Below, piece after piece: positions 1 through 8,478 of a stretch of DNA of 64,000 bases. The notes under the pieces are model-generated. The model had not been told where the DNA came from and made no database searches. It worked only from the letters and a program-made list of their open reading frames with translations. The DNA comes from Candidatus Undinarchaeota archaeon (GTDB taxonomy: Archaea > SpSt-1190 > JASMDC01). The stretch's first letter is position 1. Each line of letters opens with the position of its first letter. The DNA lies in contig CAZFHY010000010.1 in the NCBI GenBank assembly GCA_964519305.1, forward strand, positions 72,379 through 136,378, written 5' to 3'. The position numbers and the translations under genes were made by a program.

Positions 1-856
1 TGAAGAACGCGCCGAGGATGAGGCCGCCCGCAAGGACGTGGTAGAGGCCCATGAACATGTGAGCGTTGAACGCCATCATGAGCACGAACACCGTGCCCAC
101 ATAGGAAAACGGGATGCGCCAGTCGATGATGTCCTTGTAGAATAGGTAGGCGGCACCCAATAGGAGCGCTGCCACCGAGGTCTCGCCGAGCACACCGCCA
201 ACGTTCCCCCAGAACGCGTCGGCGAAGGGCGGGAGGGGTCCTGCCGTGATGAACGGTTCGTGCGAGAAGTACGTTGTAAGGGGGCTTGCCTGCGTCACTG
301 CGTCCGAGGACGCTAAGCGGGCCGCGGTCTTGAGGTGCGACAACGGTGTCGCCATGGTCACGGCATCGACGCCCACGGGCATCCGGGCCGCCATGAGCAC
401 GGGCCAGGAGGCCACGAGGAACGCACGACCCGTGAGCGCTGGATTGAATATATTATAGCCCAGCCCGCCGAAGGCGAACTTCGCGACGATGATGGCGAAG
501 GCACTGCCGATCGCGGCCATCCACAGCGGGACACCGGAGGAGAGGGTGAGGGCGAGCAGGAGGCCTGTGAGCACTGCTGAACCATCGTTCACGGTGACGG
601 GCTTGCAGAACCACTTCTGGAGCGCGGCCTCGGTGGCCACGCACGCGACGATGCAAGTAAGGATGACAAGGAGCGCGTCAGCACCGAAGAAGTACACACC
701 GGCAGCGGCGGCCGGTACGAGGGCCAGTACGACGTCCCACATTATTGAACGGACGGTGTCGGGATTGCGCGCGTGGGGGCTCGTGGACAGGATGTACGGT
801 TCTTCTACCTTCTTCTCGGCCTTCTTCTCAGTCTTCTTCTCGTCTGCCATCTTCAT
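1..856 (-). CDS. rnfD: Rnf electron transport complex subunit D (runs off the window start)
   Basis: Manual translation gives STSPH..IMWDVVLALVPA, DGSAVLTGLLLAL, KFAFGGLGYNIFNPALTGRAFL, the FMN site DAVTMATPL and GVLGETS. ATGA overlap with the rnfC stop at 853-856. Confidence 0.95.
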   Translation of the reverse strand, partial: MKMADEKKTEKKAEKKVEEPYILSTSPHARNPDTVRSIMWDVVLALVPAAAAGVYFFGADALLVILTCIVACVATEAALQKWFCKPVTVNDGSAVLTGLLLALTLSSGVPLWMAAIGSAFAIIVAKFAFGGLGYNIFNPALTGRAFLVASWPVLMAARMPVGVDAVTMATPLSHLKTAARLASSDAVTQASPLTTYFSHEPFITAGPLPPFADAFWGNVGGVLGETSVAALLLGAAYLFYKDIIDWRIPFSYVGTVFVLMMAFNAHMFMGLYHVLAGGLILGAFF

Positions 857-2172
857 CCCCCCTTGCATGTCTTGGTGAACATGTTCTTTGCATGCTTGAT
901 CCAGTGCACCAGCGGGATGCGCGAGGGGCACGAGAAAGCGCACGAACCGCACTCGAAGCAGTCCATTGCATGCGCGTCCGCGGCCTCCTGGAACCGGTCC
1001 TTGCGCGCCAGTCGGGCGATGAGGCTCGGCATAAGGTACATGGGGCATGCGTCGACGCACCGGGCGCACTTGATGCAGGGACGTTCTGGTGAATCGTCGA
1101 TGTCGGTCTCGATCTGGACGAGAACACCAGAGGAACCCTTGATGATAGGTATGTCGGTAGTGGTCTGGGCGATGCCCATCATGGGTCCGCCGCTGATGAG
1201 CTTCCTGATCGGACCTTTGGCGCCACCGCAGAGTTCGATGAGCTCTGCTGCCGAGGCACCGATGCGCACCACGATGTTCTTGGGCGTTCCGACAGCCCCG
1301 GTCACGGTGACCGCTCGCTCCACCAATGGCTTCCCATCGTGGACCGCTTCGTGGATGGCCTTGCATGTGCCCACATTGGACACGACGCATCCCACGTCCA
1401 TGGGGAGGCCACCGGTCGGTACCTTTCGGCCGCTGGCGGCATAGATTAGCATCTTCTCGGCACCCTGGGGATACTTGACATCCATGGGCACGAGTTCGAA
1501 ACCTGAGTATTCCTTCCGCTCGAGGAGCTCGGAGAACGCTTCGAGCGCGTCAGGCTTGTTATTCTCGATGCATACGTAGGCCTTATCGGCACCAACGGCG
1601 CGCCTGACGATATCGAATCCGGAGAGCACCTTCTCAACCATCTCGAGCATAAGGCAATGGTCGCAGGTGAGGAACGGTTCGCACTCAGCCCCGTTCAGGA
1701 ACACCGCGTCGATGGGCTTGTCCTTTGGCGGGGACAGCTTCACGTGCGTTGGGAAGGCCGCACCTCCCAGACCGACGATTCCGGCGTTCTGGATGATGGA
1801 CCTGAGCTCCTCGACGGTGAGCTTCCCGGTCTCCTCCTTGGAGCGTGTCTTAAGCTCCACCCATGTGTCCTCCCCATCGCCCTCGATGACGATTGCCGCG
1901 CTCCTTCCCTTGGCAGGATGGGGGTGATTCGCGATCTCCTTTACCGTACCGCTGATAGTAGCATGGATGGGTACGCTCACGAACCCTCCGGCCTCGGCGA
2001 TAACCTGACCTACCTTGACTGTATCGCCCTTTTCGACGATGGCTTTTGCCGGAGCACCGATGTGCTGGGAGAGCGGGAGCACCACCTGTGCGGGCAGAGG
2101 TGCTGTCTCGGCCGGCTTGGAGGCAGACAGTTTATTGTACCGGGGGTGAACACCGCCGATGAAAGTGGCCAT
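853..2172 (-). CDS. rnfC: Rnf electron transport complex subunit C
   Basis: PLSQHIGAPA, AGIVGLGGAAFPTHVK, NGAECEPFLTCD, KYPQGAEK, GGPMMG and two 4Fe-4S motifs (CIKCARCVDACP, CFECGSCAFSCP). ATG at 2172 chosen from TATA spacing. Confidence 0.96.
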   Translation of the reverse strand: MATFIGGVHPRYNKLSASKPAETAPLPAQVVLPLSQHIGAPAKAIVEKGDTVKVGQVIAEAGGFVSVPIHATISGTVKEIANHPHPAKGRSAAIVIEGDGEDTWVELKTRSKEETGKLTVEELRSIIQNAGIVGLGGAAFPTHVKLSPPKDKPIDAVFLNGAECEPFLTCDHCLMLEMVEKVLSGFDIVRRAVGADKAYVCIENNKPDALEAFSELLERKEYSGFELVPMDVKYPQGAEKMLIYAASGRKVPTGGLPMDVGCVVSNVGTCKAIHEAVHDGKPLVERAVTVTGAVGTPKNIVVRIGASAAELIELCGGAKGPIRKLISGGPMMGIAQTTTDIPIIKGSSGVLVQIETDIDDSPERPCIKCARCVDACPMYLMPSLIARLARKDRFQEAADAHAMDCFECGSCAFSCPSRIPLVHWIKHAKNMFTKTCKGG

Positions 2173-2194
2173 TGCGAGGTTCACAATGATAAGT

Positions 2195-2210
2195 TGTTAT
2201 AAAAAGTTAC
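2195..2210 (-). promoter_or_regulatory. Archaeal-type TATA box for the rnf operon
   Basis: Minus-strand TTTTTATAAC about 26 nt upstream of the rnfC ATG. Confidence 0.55.
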
Positions 2211-2260
2211 TTTTCTCCCAAGCACTTCCCGTCGGAGCGGGAACGAAGGAGTGTCTTGTC

Positions 2261-3247
2261 ATGGACCGCAAAGGAATGGTTGTAGCGCTCGTCCTGTCGG
2301 TCCTGCTGCTCCATGCCGGTTGCCAGCAGCCCCCCACCGAGATCGTGCGCAACGAGTCGCTCATGGGAACCATCGTGACCATCAAGGTGGTCCACACCGA
2401 TGGTCAGGCGGCCAACGCCTCCATCGACAAGGCCTTCGCCGAGATGCGGCGGATCGAAGCGCTGCTCACGAACACGGCAACCGATAGCGAGGTGTCCCGC
2501 CTTAATACGCAGGGGGAAGTTAAGCCAGCCAGCCCTGAGCTAATCCAGGTCTTGCGTCTCTCCGTTGAGGCCGGTGAGCTCTCGGGCGGTGCCTTCGACG
2601 TGACCGTCCAGCCGCTCCTCGACCTCTACACCCACAGCTTCCGTGACCTCAAGCGCCCTCCCACCGGGGAAGAGATCAACACCACCCTCGAGGATGTCGA
2701 CTACCGGAAGATCGAGGTCCATGACGGATGGGCCGCTATTCCCACCAACATGTCGATCACGCTGGGCGGCATCGCGAAAGGATACATCATCGACGTCGCA
2801 TTCCGTGTGCTCCAGGCCGACGGTATCGAGAACATCCTCGTCAACGCCGGAGGCGACATCCGGGCTCGGGGCAGCAACGCGCAGAGGCTACCATGGACGC
2901 TCGCCCTCCAGAACCCCCGAGAGGCCACCGATTACATCACGCGCATCCATGCGTCCGATGTTGCAGTGGCAACGAGCGGGGATTACGAGCGGTACTACGA
3001 TGCTGAGAAGAAGTTCCACCACATCGTGAACCCCACGACCGGCTATTCCGCCCTCGGCCTCATCTCCGTGACCGTCATCGCCGACGAGGCGGTTCGCGCC
3101 GACTCCCTGGCAACGTCCGTTTTCGTGATGGGTAAGGACAAGGGGCTCACCCTCATCGATTCGCTGGAAGGTGTCGAAGCACTGGTCATCACCGAGGAGC
3201 GCGATGTGTTCCGCTCGAGCGGGTTCGCTTCCCACGAGCTGCCGTGA
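2261..3247 (+). CDS. apbE: FAD:protein FMN transferase ApbE (lipoprotein)
   Basis: Lipobox LHAGC, LMGT, SEVSRLN, GAFDVTV, LGGIAKGY, VNAGGD, ATSGDYERY, HHIVNPTTG. Divergent from its likely substrate operon rnf. Confidence 0.95.
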   Translation: MDRKGMVVALVLSVLLLHAGCQQPPTEIVRNESLMGTIVTIKVVHTDGQAANASIDKAFAEMRRIEALLTNTATDSEVSRLNTQGEVKPASPELIQVLRLSVEAGELSGGAFDVTVQPLLDLYTHSFRDLKRPPTGEEINTTLEDVDYRKIEVHDGWAAIPTNMSITLGGIAKGYIIDVAFRVLQADGIENILVNAGGDIRARGSNAQRLPWTLALQNPREATDYITRIHASDVAVATSGDYERYYDAEKKFHHIVNPTTGYSALGLISVTVIADEAVRADSLATSVFVMGKDKGLTLIDSLEGVEALVITEERDVFRSSGFASHELP

Positions 3248-3251
3248 GCGG

Positions 3252-3674
3252 TCACCAGTTGTACTTGAAATAGTTGATATCCACGTGCAGGTCGCGGTCC
3301 TTCGCGTCCACGTGGAGGCCCGGCGTCTCATGTCCCCAAGGCCCGGGCCAGGACGAAGTGCTCGTCTCCACCATCCCACGTGATGCCAGTTCGTCAACGA
3401 CCTTCTCTGCCGTCCGGTAGATGTCCAGGAAGTGGTACTTCTCACCGTGTACGTACGGACCGAAGGACAGCACGCTCTCCTTGACCTTCTCCTCGAGGTC
3501 CACGAGTGTATCGTAGAGCTCTATCTCGCTCTTATCTTCCAGATCCACCGTCAATTTGCCGTCTATGGACAGTCTCACATAGTCTTGGGCCAGAGGGTTC
3601 ATTCTAGTCCGGAACAGCTCATCCCACGAGTCGCCGTCGCCATTGGAGGCACTATCTACCGGATCACCATACAT
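3252..3674 (-). CDS. Small acidic hypothetical protein, tandem paralog 3 of 3
   Basis: Aligns with its two neighbours (IELYD.L..L, Y.TA..V..EL..RG.V, GP.G, VDA.DRDL.V). TATA-like ATTTAAT upstream. Confidence 0.85.
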   Translation of the reverse strand: MYGDPVDSASNGDGDSWDELFRTRMNPLAQDYVRLSIDGKLTVDLEDKSEIELYDTLVDLEEKVKESVLSFGPYVHGEKYHFLDIYRTAEKVVDELASRGMVETSTSSWPGPWGHETPGLHVDAKDRDLHVDINYFKYNW

Positions 3675-3729
3675 GAGTGGAGTGCCCTGGTTTAGGCGAG
3701 ATTAAATACCTGCCCTTGGGATTGTCGCC

Positions 3730-4071
3730 TCATCCCAGCGAGTGTACCTCGAACCAGTCCACGACCACATGAAGGTCACGGTCATGGGCATCGACGGCGT
3801 ACCCGGGGATCGGGACGCCGTACGGTCCCTTCCGAGGTGTGGTCTCCACATCGACCAGACCCCGCTCCTCAAGCTCACCGATCACTCGAACGGCCGTCTC
3901 GTAGACCTCCTGATATCGGTACACTGCTCCCTCGCACTGGGGCTGGCACCACATCACGCTCCGCTCGACCTTCTCAGAAAGGCCGATGAGCGCGTCATAT
4001 AGCTGGATGTCTGACATATCTCCGGGATTCTCCAAATAGGAGCTCTCGAGCGGTACGACCTCTTGGACCAT
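3730..4071 (-). CDS. Small acidic hypothetical protein, tandem paralog 2 of 3
   Basis: Clear paralogy with the flanking ORFs. Confidence 0.85.
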   Translation of the reverse strand: MVQEVVPLESSYLENPGDMSDIQLYDALIGLSEKVERSVMWCQPQCEGAVYRYQEVYETAVRVIGELEERGLVDVETTPRKGPYGVPIPGYAVDAHDRDLHVVVDWFEVHSLG

Positions 4072-4096
4072 GGGTGGACCCTCCCGATCCTACTGC

Positions 4097-4432
4097 CTAC
4101 GTCCGGTCGGCGAAGTAGTCGATGTCCACCGCAAGGTCGCGGTCCTTCGCTTCTACGTGTAGTGCGAAGGTGGTCGAGCCGTACGGTCCGGGTCGCGGGG
4201 TGCGCTCAACGTCCACTAGTTCCCTGGTCTCCAGCTCTCCGACCAGCTTGTTGGTCGCGCCGTAGACCTCCTGGAAGTGGTAGACCGAGCCGCCTGCCCG
4301 CGGATTGAGCAGCATCACGCTCTGCTCCATGATGCCGGGAAGCTCGTTCAACATATCGAAGAGCTCGACGTCGCTGTAGGAGGTAAGATCTCCCGTGTAC
4401 GCGGCGTCGAGGTGGAGGACCTCTTGGTACAT
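4097..4432 (-). CDS. Small acidic hypothetical protein, tandem paralog 1 of 3
   Basis: Clear paralogy. TTTATTAA box about 26 nt upstream. Confidence 0.85.
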   Translation of the reverse strand: MYQEVLHLDAAYTGDLTSYSDVELFDMLNELPGIMEQSVMLLNPRAGGSVYHFQEVYGATNKLVGELETRELVDVERTPRPGPYGSTTFALHVEAKDRDLAVDIDYFADRT

Positions 4433-4566
4433 GGATATCCCGCTGCCCCCAGGTCGGTTAATAAACGTTGCCTTTGCGGACGAGCATGATATCTGAGTGC
4501 ACGGATTGGGAGACGCATGCGTTTCTTTAAAAGGTTACTACTGACCAATGGTAACGTTTATATATC

Positions 4567-5193
4567 ATGCCCGACTACAATATCACGATGGGGCCGACAT
4601 TCCTTGATGGTGTGTCCGATGGCTATAGCGCTGTCAAGGAGAAGGTCGCCGATAACTACCACAATCATCCGGGCACATACAAGGCCGTGGGGACCGTGGC
4701 CGCGGGCGTGGGGGCCTACCTCCTTGCCAAGGAGGGCATGGACGCCATGGGATTCCAGGAGTATCTGGCCAACAGCATGCCCTGGCTCGGCCATTACGCT
4801 GATGCTGTCGCCAACGGCACCGCTGGTGTGCTCGCCGCCCTTGGGGCCAAGGCCCCTGTGGAGAAGACCATAAAGTACCTCGATGGCCAGCGGAAGCACG
4901 AGAAGGGCACGTATGCCGCTGACGCCAGCGAGAGCGGTGCCAAGGAGGTCGCGGAGGAGATCATCGAGGGGATGGACGGCACGGACCTCGGGTGCGCCGC
5001 CCTCGGTATGCCCGTGGGGCTCACCGACATGAAAGAGCTCTACGATGGCGTGAAGTCGGACTACCAGAAGAACCACGGCAAGGGTGTCTCGTACAAGGAG
5101 AAGGATCCAATCTTCGACGAGAATATCCTCGGTGCCAACCCGGCACCGTACCACGTGTTCACAAAGGAGAAGAGCGGGAAGTCCGCACCGTGA
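4567..5193 (+). CDS. Hypothetical protein with two Ala/Gly-rich hydrophobic segments
   Basis: 208-aa ORF with typical codon usage. TTTATATAT box at about 4557 suggests the true start may be 4588. Confidence 0.7.
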   Translation: MPDYNITMGPTFLDGVSDGYSAVKEKVADNYHNHPGTYKAVGTVAAGVGAYLLAKEGMDAMGFQEYLANSMPWLGHYADAVANGTAGVLAALGAKAPVEKTIKYLDGQRKHEKGTYAADASESGAKEVAEEIIEGMDGTDLGCAALGMPVGLTDMKELYDGVKSDYQKNHGKGVSYKEKDPIFDENILGANPAPYHVFTKEKSGKSAP

Positions 5194-5202
5194 GCCCGAC
5201 CA

Positions 5203-6534
5203 CTACTTATCTAGCACCTGCTCGGCATCGTCCATCATCTCGATGAACCAGAGCACGGCAGGAAGGTTGTTATCGACAACGTCGTCGATCTCATCCTCGT
5301 CGGGATTGAACTGGGTGAATGTGTTGCCCCACCCTCCACCGCCTTCCAGCTCAACGGTGTAGGCGAGCATCCCCTTGGAGTCCGCCCAGTCCGTGTAGGT
5401 GCCGCTGGCCAGCGCCGTGCGACCACCGTGGAGCACGTCGTAGGCCCGCTCCATGCGCTCGCTCATCCCATTGCCAATAGCGCGGTAGAGCTCCTCGCGT
5501 TCGCCATCCTCGGTGGTGTGGTCGGGAGCGTACTGGTATTCCCCGCCATAGGAGTGGAACGCCAGCGTTCCCTTGAAATCATGCTCGGCCACGAACTCGG
5601 CCATGGCCTTGGCCTCAGGCTCGCTCATGGCCTCGGGGCCACGGTAGGTCTGGTGCCAGTAGTTACCGCTCGCACCCGGTTTGCCCCAGGCCTCCGAGAA
5701 GTTGCGATTTAGGTCAACTCCGTGGAGAGAGGATGATTTCTCGGCCCAGGTCCCCTCCTCGACGAGCTCACTGTGGTCGCGGGCGGTCTTGCGGTGGTCC
5801 GAGTCACCGTACCGCCGCACCTGCTCGGCCACGATCATCCCGCCATCGGGATTGACGCTCGGGATTATCCATGTGTCCCTGCCGTCAACAAGCTGGGTGA
5901 TGTAGGCGTCCTTACCATAGCCGTCGACCATCGCCTTCGCCACGTCGAGTGGTACCTCCACAGCGATGGCCTCCCGGGCATGGAACTGTCCTACCAGCAG
6001 CACTTCGGTCCGCGACTCGCGGTCCTTCACACGAGCATCGCTGCCGATTCGTATCGCGTAGATGGGATTGCCGAGCCCGCTCTTTCCGATTATCTCGACA
6101 TGGGCTAGGTCGGGCGCCTTCTTCTCGAGGGCGTACAGTTCCTCTGCGACCTCCTCGGGAACGTGGTACTTGCCCAATCCCCCGTCCCTTAGCGGAGAAT
6201 CGGTGGGTATACGCTGCCAGGACCGGACGTACTGTCCCTGTTCGATGTATTTCTCAAGGGCATCGTCACGGTCGTAGGCGCCCCCTTCAGCGGGAAGCAC
6301 CATCTCCTTGGGAAGCCGTACCTCGTAATCGCCGACATCGATCCGGTAGTCGTCCCCCAGCTCGTGCTCCAGCAGTTCCTGGTGGGCGGGAGGCGTCGTG
6401 GCCGGATGGTCCGCCGCATACGCTATCGGTGCGAGAGAAGTAATGGCCGTGGCGCCGAGGACGGCATAGGTAGCGGCGCGCTTCACCACACGGGCGAGCA
6501 CACCCTCACCATCGCCGTCCCCGGCTTCTTCCAC
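5203..6534 (-). CDS. M14 zinc carboxypeptidase (carboxypeptidase T-like), exported or anchored
   Basis: HARE zinc motif, IIPSVNPDG, HRK, GVDLNRNF, YRGPEAMSEPE, FHSYG and catalytic VEL. N-terminal hydrophobic helix. Confidence 0.93.
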   Translation of the reverse strand: MEEAGDGDGEGVLARVVKRAATYAVLGATAITSLAPIAYAADHPATTPPAHQELLEHELGDDYRIDVGDYEVRLPKEMVLPAEGGAYDRDDALEKYIEQGQYVRSWQRIPTDSPLRDGGLGKYHVPEEVAEELYALEKKAPDLAHVEIIGKSGLGNPIYAIRIGSDARVKDRESRTEVLLVGQFHAREAIAVEVPLDVAKAMVDGYGKDAYITQLVDGRDTWIIPSVNPDGGMIVAEQVRRYGDSDHRKTARDHSELVEEGTWAEKSSSLHGVDLNRNFSEAWGKPGASGNYWHQTYRGPEAMSEPEAKAMAEFVAEHDFKGTLAFHSYGGEYQYAPDHTTEDGEREELYRAIGNGMSERMERAYDVLHGGRTALASGTYTDWADSKGMLAYTVELEGGGGWGNTFTQFNPDEDEIDDVVDNNLPAVLWFIEMMDDAEQVLDK

Positions 6535-6579
6535 GGCCTAAGTCCCCTGTTTCCCTTTATTCCCCTTTCAGATCGGACC

Positions 6580-8280
6580 TTACTCGTCGTCCCAGAAGGT
6601 CTCGAGCTCGTCCGTTTTGTTGGTGACAACCCACTCGTTCGCCGAGACCTCTTCGAGGTGGTACCCGTTCTTGCCGAACCGGGATACCTCCACCTTGTCC
6701 TGGCCGTCATCCAGCTTCCAGAGCTCTTTCTCTCCCATGGCCTTGATGCTCTTGACCACGGGGATGAAGTCCTTGATGCGGCGCTTGTGGGTTAGGTCGA
6801 CGGTCTCCTCTTCGGAGCCGTTGTGTTTGATGTACAGATCACCATCGTTGAAGGCGACGGAGTAGTGGTTGTCGTCCTCCCTGACGATCTTACCCTGTTC
6901 ACCCTTGAACGACACTTCCCAACCGGAGTCGAATATGTACCGGTCACCATCATGGATGAAGGCAGTGCCCTCGATGGTGGTCTTGACCTCGGGCTTCTCG
7001 TTGTAGAGCGAGAAGAGGAAGTTGGAACCCACCCAGAGGGCGGCGCCGGCGGCGGCCACAGGCACGCTTGAGACGGGCCAGGCCTTGGTGGCGGCCACAG
7101 TGCCCGAATAGGTACCAAGATAGATGCCGCTGCCGATGGACGACTCTACGCCCATGATCTGCCAGAAGTTCTCCGAGTAGTCGTCGTGCTCATGCTCCTT
7201 CTTGTTGATGAGCTGGTCGTGGATGGCGATGTTGGCCTTGCCGCTCATGACACCGGAGATAGCGCTGGCCACGGTTGCCGCGCCGTATATACCGATGAAC
7301 GCATAGCCGGGGTTCTCTCCGAAGCGCTTGAGGATGTCAGGGTGGAGGGCGAAGTAGCTGGCGCCGGTGACGGTGCCTAGTCCGGCCGTGTAGAGGTTGA
7401 CCTTCTTTAGCGCCTCCATGGGCTTTTCGGAGTTGACGGCGTTGTCGACAACACTCCCCAGTACGCTCTCTCCGAGGATACTGAGCGCGGGGCTGCCGAT
7501 GTTACCGATCGAGGTGATTGTGCTGGCGATACCGTAGGCGGCGCCCTGCTCCCACAGCTTGGGCGTGATGACGCCCAAGAGCATGGCAGCACCGACGTTC
7601 CCCATCAGGTCACCGACCTTCAGGACGGCGTACTCGGGATCCTCCTTGAACAGTCGGTAGAACACCTTGAACTTGTCCATGAAGGACTTCTCATCCATCT
7701 GGTACATCTCAAGGGAGAGGTCGTCAGGGATGCCAAAGAAGCTCTTGAAGTCCTCGTTGAAACCGAACTCCTCGAACTCCACGGTCTCTTTGAGGTTGAA
7801 GCCGTTCTCCTTGAGGTACTCCTTGAGGCCAGGATCAGCATCATCGGGGACCGGCAGTTTCTTGGTGCCGATCAGCGAGCCGAAGAACTTACCTTCGCCC
7901 CGTTCGGTGATGACCTCGGTGCGGTATGCCATGGCCGGGTGGAAGGCAGGGTCCTTGACGTCGTACGCCGTGAAGACAGCGTCCTTGCCGGCGGCCGCAG
8001 CGGCACGGTAGGCGTCCACATGGATGCCCTCCTCGTCGGTGTGGTACACCACGGAGAACCGCGCGCCATCGTACCCGGCGTTCACCAGATCGATGTACTG
8101 CTCCTCAATCCCGAAGTTGGCCTTCGCGAACTCGATATTGTTCGGGTTCAGTTGGAACTCGTCGTACTGCGTTCCCGCTACGAAGAGCGGGTTCGCATCG
8201 AGCTTGCGAGTAAAGATCTCAGAGGCAGTGTTGTTCTCCTCATGAAAATCCTCTTCGGAGAGGACTGCTGCATCATACAT
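6580..8280 (-). CDS. Hypothetical membrane protein: about six central TM helices (half-MFS-like) between soluble domains
   Basis: Long ORF with a hydrophobic central block. Start set at ATG 8280 from the TTTTTAAA box at about 8305-8313. Confidence 0.65.
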   Translation of the reverse strand: MYDAAVLSEEDFHEENNTASEIFTRKLDANPLFVAGTQYDEFQLNPNNIEFAKANFGIEEQYIDLVNAGYDGARFSVVYHTDEEGIHVDAYRAAAAAGKDAVFTAYDVKDPAFHPAMAYRTEVITERGEGKFFGSLIGTKKLPVPDDADPGLKEYLKENGFNLKETVEFEEFGFNEDFKSFFGIPDDLSLEMYQMDEKSFMDKFKVFYRLFKEDPEYAVLKVGDLMGNVGAAMLLGVITPKLWEQGAAYGIASTITSIGNIGSPALSILGESVLGSVVDNAVNSEKPMEALKKVNLYTAGLGTVTGASYFALHPDILKRFGENPGYAFIGIYGAATVASAISGVMSGKANIAIHDQLINKKEHEHDDYSENFWQIMGVESSIGSGIYLGTYSGTVAATKAWPVSSVPVAAAGAALWVGSNFLFSLYNEKPEVKTTIEGTAFIHDGDRYIFDSGWEVSFKGEQGKIVREDDNHYSVAFNDGDLYIKHNGSEEETVDLTHKRRIKDFIPVVKSIKAMGEKELWKLDDGQDKVEVSRFGKNGYHLEEVSANEWVVTNKTDELETFWDDE

Positions 8281-8478
8281 GAAGGCCACGGGCACCATCG
8301 ACGGTTTAAAAAAGGTTTTCCTACGCGAACCGGAAAACTCGTGTGTCACTACCGCAGAGACACACCACAAATCGCGAAAAGGAAAGGCATTATCACCCGG
8401 AATAGGGTGGTTCGCGAATGTCCGGCCAGAACCGGAATAAGGTGTCACCCGCGAGTAGGAACAAAAGGGAGGGGATAT

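Noticed and set aside
8330-8470. Short hairpins downstream of secA
   Set aside because: Stems are only 5-6 bp, as expected by chance, and no RNA family is recognisable.
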